Assembly: GCA_004431415.1 (NCBI GenBank)
Contig: QPMI01000068.1
Coordinates: forward strand, 135,786 to 199,785
Source: Cyanophora paradoxa CCMP329
Lineage: Eukaryota > Plantae > Glaucophyta
Length of the DNA stretch: 64,000 nt
Direction: 5' to 3'
Shown here: one piece after another, positions 43,351 through 55,776 of the stretch
How positions within the stretch are numbered: the first letter of the stretch is position 1
Layout of the letters: each line of letters begins with the position of its first letter
Notes under the pieces: model-generated
Databases searched by the model: none
The model's input: only the letters and a program-made list of their open reading frames with translations
Told to the model about the DNA's origin: nothing
Position numbers and translations under genes: made by a program

Positions 43351-43930
43351 TTAAGAGCGGTGAGCTGCGCCCCGGCCGCTGGGCGCGCGCGCCTGCAGGG
43401 CGGCGAGGCGGGCGCGCTGCGAGTCGAACTGTGCCTCCGTGTGCGCCACCTCCGAAGCCAGGCGCCGAACCTCTGCCTCCATCTCCGCCAGGCGGCCCGG
43501 ACCCGGCGCCGGCGCGCCCGCCGCCGCCGCCGCGTCCGAGCGGGGCGCGCGCGCGCCCAGCGCGGCGCGGATGGCGGCCGCGCAGGAGTCGAAGCGCAGC
43601 GCTTCGGCGTCGGACAAAAGCGCGGGGAGGGGAATGCCGGCGGGGACGTGGAGCAGCCCCGTCCTTAGGTAGTCGAGCAGAACCGCAAAGCGTTCGGGGG
43701 CCCTGCGATGGCCCACCGTCAGAGGTGAAAGAGCGCAGCTGGAGGGGCGCTCGCCGGTCGAGGAAGATAGGCCGCCCGTGCGCCCCGCCGTGCGCGTCCG
43801 CGAGCGCCTCGCGATAGAGCGGCGACTGCGGTTCGGCGGCCCTGCGGGGGTGATCAGGCGCGGCAGGAATGGCCGCAGCGCCCAAGACGCACAGGGTCGA
43901 AAGACGGGTCCGCATCAGCTTTCCGCCCTG
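43351..43930 (-). CDS. BTB/POZ (KCTD/T1-type) domain protein, intron-containing
   Basis: AEPQSPLYRE..GRPIFLD / RAPERFAVLLDYLRTGLLHVP..LLSDAEALRFD matches the KCTD F(I/L)DRxP..F..(I/L)LxYLRTG pattern, followed by a coiled coil. Confidence 0.7.
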
Positions 43931-44049
43931 CGCACGCGGCGAATGATCAATGTTTACAGCAGACGAAGAGTAAGAGCGCGGACTACGGCCCCGCGTGGGC
44001 TCTCCTTGGCGAGAGCCGCGCGCATCAATGGCGGGCGGCGCACGGCATC

Positions 44050-46500
44050 GATGGTCACGGAAGCTTCGGCAGCGTGTTCAGGAGCGTGGTGCAGATCGAC
44101 AGACGTGCCGGGGTCCATTCTGTGAAGCGGCTGAAGTTGGCAGTGAGCCCCTGCGGGGGGTACACGCAGTCGCCTGTGTCGTTAGAGCACGGTCGAAGCA
44201 TTGCGACCAGCCATGCTCGGCTACGTGCGGGCGAAAGAGGACCTCGTCCATGTAAAGCGCGTCATCGAGAAGGGCGAGATCCGAGCGGATGGCCTCGACA
44301 GAGAGCTCGCCCAGCTCGACGCCAAGCTCAGCTCCGAGCTTGCGGCGATGCAGGCTGCCCTGCAGGAGGAAAGCAGCGCGGTCGCTGCTGCGCAGGCCAA
44401 GGCCGAGGAAGTCAACGCGGTCCTTTCCAAGACGATCACATCTGTGACCTCCCTCGCTGCATGCGTGGTGCGCACCGCCTTACATCTCCGCTATGATGGC
44501 TTGTGCCGCCTCAGCGGCGCCCTTCGTGGCCCTTTCATGGCGGATTGCGTCCGCCACCGCCTCCCGTCGATCCGATCCGAGCCCCTCGAGCGCAGTCGTC
44601 GCTGTCATCGAACCGGGAACGCGTCGATGACTTTGTGGAGCGCTGCCATCAGGTCCCCGCGCCCCCGGCCGATAATTGGTCGTTCGAACGTAACCGGCCA
44701 GCAGGAGCTGGCCTCCTCGAGGCACGAGCGCGCGGCGATGCATAAGCGCATGGATCAGCTCGAGATGGGCTTCCGCCGCGTCTCGGAGGAGAATGACCTG
44801 CTCCGGGCGCAGCTCGGTCTCCTCCACCAGGTTTCTGGCGGGAAGGTGGGCGCCGCCCCGCGCCCGCCCCGCTGCGCGTGCGCCGATAGAGCGAGCGCTC
44901 TCAGATGCAGCAGTTCGTACCGGCGGCGGAGGCGAAGGCGAAAGAGACGGACTCGGCGGCTGCGCGGCTGATGACGATCATCCTGGAGCACGAGCGGCTG
45001 AGGCGCGTGGCGGCGGAACAGCAGGAGCGGATCGAATCCCTGACGGGCCGCATCGAATCGCTCACGGTGGACCTTCTCGACGCGGACCGCCGCTTTGCCG
45101 ACTTTCAGGTCCGCTGTTCCCCTCGCCGCGCCGCGCCGCGCAGGCTGAGCGCGCGTTCAGCGCGAGGAGACCGCCCGCGTGGCGGAGCGGCTCCGGCTGG
45201 AGGGCATGTGCCGCGCGTTGGCGTCCAAGCTGTCGCAGGCCGCCTCGGTCAAGGATGGGGAGGAGCCGCTGGCGGCGCCGCCCGTCGCCGCCGCCCCGAC
45301 GACGGGCCTGACGCCCTCGTCGTCCCTGCCGCCGTCCCCCTGCGACCCGTCGCCCGAGGAGCCGTCGACCCCCGAGCAGCTCAAGGCGGCGCCCGCCGCG
45401 CCCGAGCCCGCGGCGGCGGCCCCGGCCCCGGCGGCGGAGGCGAAGGAGGAAGAGCCGGCGGCCGCGGCGGGGGAGGAGCGCGCCGAGGCCGAGTTGGAGT
45501 CGCCCGCTGAGCTGGCGTCGCTGCACGCCGCCTCGGCCGCCTTCGCGCGGGCCGTGGCTGCCGACGCTGTCTTCGCCGCCTCGGGCGAGGCGCGCCGCGC
45601 CGAGGGCGACGCCGGTCGGCCCGAGCTGGCCCGCCTCGGAGAGGCTCTGGACGTCCTCGTCGCGGCCGGCTCGCGCGGCCGGTGCGCCCTTCTCTCGTCG
45701 TTGTTTGTTGTTGTCGTCGTCGAGCCGGGGCGCAGGTCGGCCGGGCTGCTGGGCCGCCGCCGGGCGGGGGGCTACGGCGCCTGGGAGCTCCTGCACTCGC
45801 ACGCGACGGGCGCCGAGGAGGAAGACGCCCGCCGCTCGGAGGCGCCCCTCGCCCCCTACGGTGCGCCCCCTCCGCCCCTCCGCCCCCTCTGGTTTCCGAG
45901 GCCGCGCCCGCCCGCCCGCGCAGCCGCCGCCGCCGCCGCCGGCCGCGAGCTCACCCGCATCCTTTCCGACATGGTTGAGGCAAGCGCGCACGCGCCGCGC
46001 GCGCGCCTTCGCCTCTCTAACCAAGGCCGGGGCCGGCAGGTCGCGGCGGCGCGGGGCGAGCTGAAGGGCCGCTCGGCGCTCGACGTGCGCCGCGCGCAGC
46101 TGGCGGCCTTCGTGCGGGGCGCCCTCAAGTGCGCCTCCGCCTCCGCCTCCGCCTCCGCCTCCCGCCCCGCCTCCGCCCCTCACGGCGCGGGGGGCGGCAG
46201 CAAGCGGGTGCTCTCGGAGACCGTGCACGCGGCGCTGGAGCACCACGCGGCCGGCGGCGACCTCGCGGCCACGCACGAGCCGGGGGCGCCCATATCCCTC
46301 CCGAGGTCCGGGACGGCGCCGCCGCCGCCCTGGCGCCCCTGCGCCACGCCGGGCCCTTCGCCTACAGCATCGGCCTGCGCTTCGAGGACCGCGAGTGAGG
46401 CCCGGGGCGGCTGCACCGCGCCCGGCCCGCCGAGCGACGCGCGAGGGGCGCGGCGAGACCCCGCGGCGCGCGGCTCTCCCCGCGAGCGACCCTGGGAGTG
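44050..46500 (+). CDS. Host-like multi-exon coiled-coil protein
   Basis: Heptad-rich exons (LDRELAQLDAKLSSEL; MDQLEMGFRRVSEENDLLRAQL; QQERIESLTGRIESL; RLEGMCRAL) separated by GT...CAG introns. Confidence 0.55.
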
Positions 46501-47828
46501 CCGCAGCCGCCGCCTGTTTTCTGTGTATGTCTATGTGTGTTGGAGCTTTCAAGCGACCGGTTGCGAGGTGCAGCCATTCCTCGCGATCGTGCGCATCCGT
46601 CGCGGCGCACGCATGCTTATATATGCCCTCCGGATCCCGCCGCGGCGCTCGAGCTGGGGCGTTATATTGTGCAACACCTTCGCTTCGCGATATCGATCGA
46701 CTACAATAGTTGAATCTCGACAGAAACCGATATCGCGATCGCGGATTGCAAAAATTGCTTATACCGCTTCGAATTCGATTCTTCATAAAACAAATGATCA
46801 TGAAAGAGATCTTAAGCTTGCAATTGCCATATATGATATATAGATCGACTGCTCGACCGATATCGATGTCAACGTTTCTGGGCTATATATGGCCACTTCA
46901 TGATCATTCGCTCTTTTTACTACTAAGTTATACATGTGGTCAGCTGCAAGACAAATATTAATCTTTCCGATATAATCTTGAGCAGTGACTCAGACAGACT
47001 GCCAATAATGAATTGCTGCAGCATCGAAGCTGCAGCTCGTTCCGATCCGCTCATTCCGGGGCCAGGCCTAGAACAATAGGGAATGCTGTGTGCCTCAGGG
47101 CCTGAGCATACCGACAAACGTTACTGAGTTATACACTAAATCACGAAATAAACGATTTCTCAATAGCACTGGGGCACGTTTTGTGCGCGGGGCGGGCCTG
47201 CCTATCTCGGCAAGGTTTATACACTAAAGAAACGAAAGAAACAAGCTCTAGATCTAGATATCGAGGGCGACGACAAATGCGTGCGATGAAATCCTTAGAA
47301 TGGGCAATTTTTGTGTCAAAATAGTACTGAGTAATGTACAATGTATACGTAGCTATAGACTCGGAGATAAAAGGAAAACGCGATTCGAAGGGCGGCCGTG
47401 CACGTGATTACCAAGGCGATAGTACGTACAGATTGCACTATAGGAAATTGAAAGTTGGACTGCGGCTCTCAGAGTCTTGGATGCTACCTAGAACAGCGGA
47501 AACCTGACGTAATGTCCCACGAAGCGAAGTTGCGACCGGGCCGGGCGGACCCGGGCGCGACCCTTCGTCGTTTCGATGGCAAGCAAAGGAAGACGCGGCG
47601 ATCCCGAGGCGGCGGCAGCCGAAGTCAAGGGTTACGAGTTCCGTCTAGAAGCCGCCGGAGCAGTCGCCGCGGCCGAGCAGCTGCAGGCCCATCCCTACGC
47701 CCGGAAGCCGGTCGCGGGGGCTCCCCATCTGAGTCGAGATCCACGACGGAACAGGAGCCGAGGGCAGGCCCCACTGCTCCGCCAGCGGCGCGATCGGGAC
47801 CTGCAGCTGCGCCGGCGCGATACGAATG

Positions 47829-49557
47829 TCAGAAAATTGCCGAATTCGAAAGGAATCTGAGTGGCGGAGCCGGCGCCGGCGCGCGCACCGGGCGCATGCG
47901 GGACGCAGGCACGTGCACGGGCCGAAGACTCTGGCCATGGCCGGCGAAAGATTGGAAGAGGAACAATTCGCCAGGGGCCGCCCCGACCGGCGCGCCGCCA
48001 AAGGCGAGGGGCGCAGCACCCGCTTCCGCCGCCAGTGAGCCGCGGAAGGCAAGGGGCGCAAAGTAGGAGTCGTCGTCGGCTGCAGCCACAGCCGGGAAGC
48101 CGTGCAGGGCGTGCGCGACCAGCGCGGGGTCGACCTCCCTAGCGTCGATCGCGATCCCGGCGCCGAAGTCGAAGGCGGCGTCGCGGTCGAGGTCGTCGAG
48201 GGGCGCCGGCGGGCTCGCGCACGTCCCGGGCGAGCTGGGCACGCTCCACGCCGCCTCCGAATTCGAAGCGGACGCCGATCGCGAGGCGCACGAGGCGGCG
48301 GCGGATCCCGCGGTCGGGTGCATCTGCACGGCCGCCGCCGCCGCCGCCGCCGCCGCAGCTGACGGCGCCGCCGCCGCGCAGGAGGCGATGCTGGAGCGGC
48401 GGCTCGCGGCCGAGGCCGAGGACCTCCCCGAGCGCGCGCTGCAGCCCGAGCCCGAGGGCGATCGCGAGCTGGCCTCCAGCTTCACGCGGACGGCGCGGTC
48501 GACGTCGGCCTGCACGCGCCGCGACCGCTTTCGCTTCGCCATCGCCCCGGCTGCGCGCGCGGAAAGGACTCGCGTCGGCGGACAGGTGCAGGCGCGCGAC
48601 AGGTCGCGATCGGCGTGATCGCAATCGTCATTGTCGCTCACCCTTCAGCTCATGAAGGACCTCGGGAGGGGCGGCCCGCGAGGCAAGGCCGGCCTTGTGT
48701 GCCCGCGTGACAATCTCGATCACCCCGCGGGGGCTAATGCTCGGCTTGATGTCTTCGCCGGCCGCGGTTTGCGTCTGGCTGCCGATGCGTTCGACTTGGA
48801 TCTTGAGCTCGAAAGTGCGCCTCTCGTGCCGAAACTGCGGTGCGATGCGTTAGGAATATATGGTCATGATCGAGAGCACAATTGCAAGCAAATGGGCAAC
48901 TACAAATATCGATGAGAGCCGATAAAGTTCGAATTCGTGTATATTTTTGCATACAAGAATCTCACCGTGGAAGCCAGGACGCCGAAAGTCTCTCCAGATT
49001 CTCCATTCTCGTTGATCGTCATCCGCACCTAACCGAAACGTTACCCATCGCGATGAGTACGGATTCATTCAATGAGCCCCCCGCGAGTGAACAGATCTAC
49101 ACTGTGATAGCTAGAAGCTGCAGACACTGGTACGCATGTAAGCGCAAGGACTCACCACGCGCGTCTGCCGCGAATTGCGAAGGGCGCTGGAGCCGTTGGC
49201 GCCGACCTCGAACTCGAGCAGGGGGCCGCCGTCCTCTTTCGCGGGCGCCTCGTCGATCTCCTCCAAATCGTCCAGCGCCACGTCTCCGTCTGTACATGTG
49301 CGGATGCATGCGTTCGCAGACGGCGACAGAGAGGAGGGGTATCCACGCGAGAGACTCGCACGTTTCGCGGCGAGCTCGCGGAGCCGCTTCGTTCGCCCGT
49401 ACTTGGCCGGCTTGTCCGGTCGCACGGCGTGCATGACCGTGCTCCCGTCGTCTGAAAGAGCGCACCGCCAGAGCGCCAGCGTTAGCGCACATCGAGGAGG
49501 CTGACCGCATTCATGCGCACCTTGGTAGACCAGCGACACCTGAAGCGACGTGCCCAT
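47829..49557 (-). CDS. Host-like multi-exon gene with basic NLS-like segment (KRKRSRR) and Ser/Ala-rich then acidic tail; possibly a transcription factor
   Basis: Exon-like frames in 49111-49557, 48640-48860 and 47829-48560. Confidence 0.35.
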
Positions 49558-50276
49558 CCAGGACGCGATAGCAGCGGGACTCAGGTCGGCGAGTCGAAGC
49601 TTGTATTGCCTGCGAAGTCCGAATTCGCATATGCGTGAGAAAGGTTCCTTGACAAATTAAACATCGGGCCGCAAGTCGGCAAACAAGCTTCAATTGCAAC
49701 ATACATAATTATGAGTGCACGTGGGATCTGCATCCGCAGCTCCTAAAAGCATTTCACTAGCGTATAGCTACATACATGGAATGCGCGCGCGTTTAAGCTT
49801 CCGTGCACGCTAAATAACTATAAGATCACCTTTATTTTCGATAGGCCGCTAGGTATATATACGGGCCTTTGTGAAGCGTTGAGCTCTCGAGCTTGCCCCT
49901 TCGCTGTCAATGCATTGTTAACCCTCGGAGGTTGCATGAGTCACGCGTCGCGGAGGTTTGGGTGTTATATTGCGATCAGGTACACGCTGCACTAACAGGG
50001 GGGCTAGCACTAACCGACGCGGGGAGTAACAGCCGGTGTACCCCTCGGGGGGCCTCCCGGCCTCTAACGATGCTCAGGCTCTAACTGAATGCTGTACCCC
50101 CCGCTGTTACTGCCCGAACCTTCCGAACTTGCGTAATTCGGCCTCGCCCTGTACCCAGTGGCTGGTGTCGTCCATCCATTCGCGTACCTCCCTCTGACGC
50201 TTGAGTGACTCACGCTGCTCGGGGTAGGGAGGGGGGCCTTCGAGGCGGGGTGGGGAAGGGGGTACGGTGGCAAAAT

Positions 50277-50843
50277 TCAGCCACTCGGGGGTATGCCGAA
50301 TTCGCCGTGAACGATCCTCTGCGGTGTGAAATACCGGTCGCTGCTCACGGCCAAGTGGAAGAACGCGCTCCTGAGCCCGGAGAGGAAGCGTGGTTGCATG
50401 AATGGCTGCTGGAGGGACTCGTCGCGCCAGGGGGCTACGAAATCAATGATACGCTGCTGTACCTGCGCGGGCAGGGCAAGGATCTGGCTCTTGCGGTTCG
50501 CAAAGGCCGTCCACAGCGCTTGCAGGTCGGCCCAATCGCCGTTCAGATCCCTGCGTTCGCGCCTCAGGTACGATCTCGGGTTCTCTGTCATACCCATCAA
50601 GCCCGCGGCCCTGATCATCTCCCTGTCCGGGAGCTCTCGCTCGTCGTGGAATTCGTCTCTAATCCAGCGCACAAGGTAGAGCACGCGCTCCATGAAGTTC
50701 TCCGCCGGCGAGCCGCCCCCTGAGGACGTGCGCCTCCCCTCCAGCACTGCGTTCGCATCCTCCAAGTCCACGTTCCGCTGTCGAATCTCCCCGTCCAGGT
50801 CGCCGTTGTTGTACAGCACGTCGGACTCGCGTGTTCGCGCCAT
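50277..50843 (-). CDS. Hypothetical protein, paralogue of 50878-51585
   Basis: Intronless 188-aa ORF; shares a ~120-aa helical domain with its neighbour. Confidence 0.7.
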   Translation of the reverse strand: MARTRESDVLYNNGDLDGEIRQRNVDLEDANAVLEGRRTSSGGGSPAENFMERVLYLVRWIRDEFHDERELPDREMIRAAGLMGMTENPRSYLRRERRDLNGDWADLQALWTAFANRKSQILALPAQVQQRIIDFVAPWRDESLQQPFMQPRFLSGLRSAFFHLAVSSDRYFTPQRIVHGEFGIPPSG

Positions 50844-50877
50844 GCTCGCGGCTCGGTGAGAATTTATACCTGTACCC

Positions 50878-51585
50878 CTACTCGCGGTCGGGGTACCTGT
50901 CGCCGGGCATCAGCCTCGCGCGCTTCCGCATCTCCGCCTCCCCGGGTAGCCAGTTCTTCGGGTCGTTGCTCCACTCCTCCCATTCGCGTATGTCCCGTCT
51001 GACGTCACGCGGGCGGGGGCGTTTATCGGTGGGGCGGGCGGGGCTGGCAGGGCCTGGCGCGGGGGTTGAGGCCCCTGTTCCACGAGTACTCGGGTACTCT
51101 TCCCATCCCAGGGGTACCAGATTCATCGGAATTGGCTCAACTTCGAATTGGGGCTTTTTGACGTGATAATCATAGTTTGTGACATACGCCGTCACAGCCG
51201 AGCGCAAGCGCGAGAGGTCGCGCAAATTTACGTCGTCCCATTGCGAGTCCCTTGCCTTCGCGTACCACTCGAGGATTTGCATGCGAATGTGGTCCGGGAG
51301 GGTCGAGAGTATGCTGAGCTTGGAGCCCAGGGCGAACCAGATGCGCTTGAACTCGTCGATAATCCTGCCCTCGTCGTGGCTCCGGACGTATGAGGCCCCG
51401 CCATAGTTGTAATGGCTGTCCAGCCACCCTGCCCGGGCCAGCTCCAGCACCGGCCAGGGTTGGCGCTGTCGATTCGGTCGCGAGGCCTGCTCTACCACCC
51501 AGCGTCTAAGGTCCTTGACCTGATCTATGAACTGTGCGATCACGTCCTTGGGCGCTTCCTCTGCATCCGACATTTGCAATTGCAC
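50878..51585 (-). CDS. Hypothetical protein, paralogue of 50277-50843
   Basis: Intronless 235-aa ORF, divergent from YqaJ with a 38-bp gap. Confidence 0.7.
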   Translation of the reverse strand: MQLQMSDAEEAPKDVIAQFIDQVKDLRRWVVEQASRPNRQRQPWPVLELARAGWLDSHYNYGGASYVRSHDEGRIIDEFKRIWFALGSKLSILSTLPDHIRMQILEWYAKARDSQWDDVNLRDLSRLRSAVTAYVTNYDYHVKKPQFEVEPIPMNLVPLGWEEYPSTRGTGASTPAPGPASPARPTDKRPRPRDVRRDIREWEEWSNDPKNWLPGEAEMRKRARLMPGDRYPDRE

Positions 51586-51623
51586 ACATCAAGAAATTCT
51601 AAACGCTACTGCGAGACCAAGTC

Positions 51624-52289
51624 ATGCATACCGATACAGATTGCGAGACTTGCGAGAACTTGCAACAGGGGAGCGCGGCGTGGCACGCGGCGCGCCGCGA
51701 AAAGCTAACTGCCTCGAACTTTGCGGCTGCGTGCGGCATAAATCCCTGGAAATCCAGGGCCCGCCTCTGGGCGGAGCTAAGCGGCATAGCGGAGGAAAAC
51801 AACTTCGACAACCCTGCGCTAACCTACGGGCATGACTATGAGCCCTTCGCGGTCTCTCTCTACAAAACGTCGAACAACAACGTGGACGTGCAACATACTG
51901 GATTGCACGAACATAAGGAACTGCCCTTCCTGGCGGGCAGCCCGGACGGGCTGATTGGAAGCGATCGTATACTTGAAATAAAATGCCCCTACAAACAAGA
52001 ACTCTACGAAAAGGTCCCAACTTATTACATGCCCCAGCTCCAGGGCCTGCTGGACATAACGGGCCGCGAGTGGGCCGAACTTTTTTGCTTCACTCCTCTG
52101 CGCGTGCAAACGTGGTACGTCAGACGGGACGAGAGGTACATCAAGCTCATGAGGAAGTGCTTACATCTATTTTGGATGCACGTCAAGGAGGGCACGCCGC
52201 CCGAGCCCTACAGCGATCGAATGAAGTCAGAGAACCTCAGCGAGGAGCAGGCGGCGCTGCGCGAGTTTAAGTCGTACGCCCTCCTCTAG
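51624..52289 (+). CDS. YqaJ-like viral recombinase / lambda-type exonuclease
   Basis: QGSAAWHAARREKLTAS, YGHDYEP, FLAGSPDGL, LEIKCP and YYMPQLQGLL motifs intact. Confidence 0.93.
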   Translation: MHTDTDCETCENLQQGSAAWHAARREKLTASNFAAACGINPWKSRARLWAELSGIAEENNFDNPALTYGHDYEPFAVSLYKTSNNNVDVQHTGLHEHKELPFLAGSPDGLIGSDRILEIKCPYKQELYEKVPTYYMPQLQGLLDITGREWAELFCFTPLRVQTWYVRRDERYIKLMRKCLHLFWMHVKEGTPPEPYSDRMKSENLSEEQAALREFKSYALL

Positions 52290-52411
52290 TGTCCGGACCT
52301 TTCCAATACTCTATATGATTATTGGGAGGGTCCGGACACGTCTCTTGGTCAGACTACTTCTGTCCCAGGTCTTTGGAATCTTAATATAAATTTTCCCGGG
52401 ACCCGGGACAG
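52289..52411. promoter_or_regulatory. Two adjacent stem-loops with TGTCC/GGACA arms and AT-rich loops (origin-like or 3'-end hairpins)
   Basis: GTGTCCGGACC...GGTCCGGACAC (52289-52339) and CTGTCCCAGGTC...GACCCGGGACAG (52360-52411), lying between convergent genes. Confidence 0.6.
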
Positions 52412-52679
52412 GGCTTGGTCGGACTCACCGTAGCTTGGTGTAGCTCAGGCCCAGGCCGGGTAGGCGAGTCTGTAATGAATCAGACCGCGCAGGATTTGGT
52501 TGAGCTGCTCGGTGCAGGGGGGCGGGAAGGCGAGGCCGCGGAGGGCCATAGAGACGTAGCGGAAGGGGTGGGGGAGGCGGCCCTGTTATCCCACATGGCG
52601 TCCACTATGGCGTTGTGGACCACTTGCTCTGGAGGGCGGGACGGGCCTGCGCGCACCGTTTCAGGGCCCTCAGCAGCCC

Positions 52680-55471
52680 TCGAAGATGTTGGAGTTGGCG
52701 TGCACCAGCGGGAGGGAGGGCTGGGACGGCGGCGGCGAGCCCGGGGCCGAGCCCTGGGTGGCGAGGGCCTGCGAGGGCGCCGGCTCCAGCTCCATCTCGA
52801 ACATACCGCCCTCGACGTCGACGGTCACGGGCGGCGAGGCCGGGATCGCGCCGGCCTGCTGCGTGGCGGGGACCTGAGCCGAGAAGTTCTCGAGCCGCCA
52901 CTCGCGGCAGCCCTGGCACTCACCTGGACGAAGACGGTGCGGTTGGCGACGGGCGGCGTCGGCAGGGCCTGCGCGGGGGCGTCACTCACAGAAGCCGAAG
53001 GCGCCGGCCTTGTGGGGCGGGGCGTCGGGGTCGCGGGGCGTGCTATAGGCCTCCGAGCCCTCCGATTCAGAGTCACTCACCGGGCTGAGAGGGTGGGGTG
53101 AGAAGAGGCCGAGGCGGGCCTTCTTGGCGGGCAGGAGGTGGGAGCCGTTGAGGGCGCAATCGGCGCGGTGGGCACACCTCTCTCCGTAGGTGGGGCAGAG
53201 GGCCGGGGCCGAGGGCGCCGGAGCCAAGGACGCCGGAGCCGAGGACGCCGGGGGCTGGAGGAGGCGGTGAGAGGGGCCGAGGAGGAGAGGAAGGGGGAAG
53301 GGCGCGGGCACCGGCGCCGGGACGAGGCCCTCCTCCAGCAGCCGCATCTGCGCCTCCTTCGCCTTCTCGTCGATGCGGGCCTCGAACGTCGCCCAGTTGA
53401 AGCCGACGGCGTCCGCCTCCGCCAGCTCGGGGAGGCCGTGCTCGTCGAACGCCAGCGCGGGCCGCCCGCTGAAGCCGAACGGGGCGGGGGCGAGAGCGCG
53501 TTGTCCCGACGCCCCAGACGGCGCTGAACGCCGCATCGTCCCAGCGCGCCTCCGCCTCCGCCTGGCCCTCGTCCCTTGCCTCGTCCACCTCCTTGGCGGA
53601 GAGCGACCCGATCTTGATGATGGAGGCCTGGATCAGCACAAACTCGCGCTGGAAGAATTGGACGAGCGGGATGGTAACTGCGGGAGAGGGGGTGAGCGGG
53701 GAGAGCGCGGGCGCAGGCCAAGGGCGGGGGCGCAGGCCAAGGGCGGGGCGGACGCACATTCGATGCCGTAGGCCACCTCCTTGATGTAGCGGCCCCGGCG
53801 GCCGATCTCCTTGGCCAGCATGCTGCACTCCTTGCGCGCCGGGTGGCCGTGGCCCCACTCCATGGCGATCATCGCCTTCGCCAGACGGACGCCCTCGATG
53901 TGCCACTCGTCCATCAGCGCCTCCAGCTTGGCGCAGATGCGCATCCAGAAGAAGACGCGCTTGAGCTTGTCGCGGTCGAATTCGGCGTCGCCGCTCTTGC
54001 TGCCCCAGTCGCGCAGGTCCGTCTCCTCCGCCTTCTTCACCTTCTCGTACCAGCACTTGATCTTCTCCGCCTGGCGCTGGAACTCGTCCGCCCGCGCCGT
54101 GAGAACGTCCGACTCCTCCTGCGCTCCGAGGGCCCGGGGTCAGGGAGGAGAGGCGGGCTAAGCGGGGCGGCGGCGGACCGTGTGCGAGAGCTCGCCGACG
54201 ATCACGGAGATGGCCGCCGAGAGGATCTCACGGGCGCGGGCCGGCCCGTTTGGGTGGCCCTCGCGCAGAACCTCCTCCAGCTTCAGCACGGCCGTCCGCG
54301 CGAGATCGCGGTGGCGCTGGCGGGTCTCGTCGCTCCGGCCCTGATCCACGAGAAGCTGGAGCTGGGGCCGCATGCCGGAGTCGCAGACGCTGGCGTACTT
54401 CAGAAGGGCCGCGCAGGAGAGCACCTTCTGCACGCTGACCAGCCAGTACGCGTAGCCCAGCGGGCTCTCCGCGCTCGGGTTCTCCCCGACCTGCGGACGC
54501 GACCTTAGCGCGCGCAGGGGCAGGGGAAAGGGGAAAGGGCGGGCTCTCGCGCACGTAAATGTCATCGGCGCAGGAGAGGAACATGTGATCAACGACGTCG
54601 AAGAAGCCGCCGGACGGGAGCGTGCCGACGCCGTGGTACGCGCCTTGGATGGTCTCGCCGGCGCAGATGCCGGCCTGGACGGTGACGGTGTACTGCGAGG
54701 CCGGCGGCCCCTCCTTCACGTAGACGAAGTTGAGGTCGTACTTCTTGGCGTACGTCGGGTTGATGCGCTTGGTGACGATGACGTAATCGCACCGAACGCC
54801 GAGGCCGGACGGGCTGGCCTTCTCCTTCTCCGTCACCGACGCCAGGCACTGATCCCGCGCGATCAAGAGCTGCAGCGGCCCGCGCGTGAGCAAGCGCGGG
54901 CACGCGAGCGCAGGGAAGGGCCCTCACCCGTGGGCGCCGCCGCTGCCGGATTTGAGGTCCGCGAGGAACTCCTTCTGCTCCGGAGTGCCGGAGAAGATCG
55001 CGCGCGGATGGAAATCGCGATGGAGCGCGATGCTGTTGAAGCAGCCCGCCGCCGCATTGTCGGACATCAGCAACAGCGCCACATCGCCGTGCGTGAAGCC
55101 GTACTTCGCCTTCACATGCTCCGGCAGCTCGTGAATGCTGTAAGGCACGATCTGCGCGCGGGGCACGCGAGCCGGGGCATGTGAGCCGGGGCCGAAGCGG
55201 TGCGGGCGAAACCGCGAACCTCGTTGAACTTATTCACCGGCGTGAACTGGCCCTTGGTCTTCAAGCGCTTCGGGTGGCCGTCCGTGTTCTGGATCTTCTT
55301 CAGCCCGCCGAACGGCTCGAAGCGCGGCACGCCGGCCGAGTTGAACACGCTATCGCAGGTCATCGCGTTGAGCGCCTCCTCCGCCGACAGGCTGCCGAGA
55401 TCGCGGGCTATGCTGTCCTGCTCGCCGGGCTGCTGCTGCTTCGCGCACGAGCGGAAGGTCGCCGCCTGCAT
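52680..55471 (-). CDS. Large intron-containing hypothetical protein (start MQAATF at 55471; at least 5 introns; CCCH-like finger and PAKKAR NLS near the C-terminus)
   Basis: Successive coding-like frames in track ORFs 55112-55471, 54924-55166, 54228-54893, 54158-54592, 53633-54040 and 52982-53536, joined by C-rich GT...CAG introns. Confidence 0.6.
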
Positions 55472-55776
55472 CGCGAGTGTTACTGCCCGCGATGTCTCAA
55501 CGGATTCCGTTCAACGTCGTACCCCCGCTGGCTTGTTCCCTCCCCAACTCGCGAAGACTCAGACTTGAAGCCCGCTTCCCCCCCCCTCAAAATGCGTACC
55601 CCCCTTGGGCTCGAACCCCGGTCGGTTTCTCGCTTTTTTTTGACTGCCCAGTCCGGCGATGCAATGCAGGCCGCTCGTTCAAATCGGCTGGGAACTTGGC
55701 GCCAGAACCTTCGCAGCGCGCGCAGCACTCCCAGCAGAGCGCGCGCAGCACCGGCGGCAGCATCGGCGGCAGCAGC

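Noticed and set aside
45179-45230. Taxilin-family assignment for the coiled-coil gene (LEGMCRAL)
   Set aside because: Only a short motif resemblance; insufficient for a gene symbol.
46660-47340. AT-richer stretch with many CGATAT/ATCGAT words as a transposon end
   Set aside because: Could not find a TIR pair or TSD.
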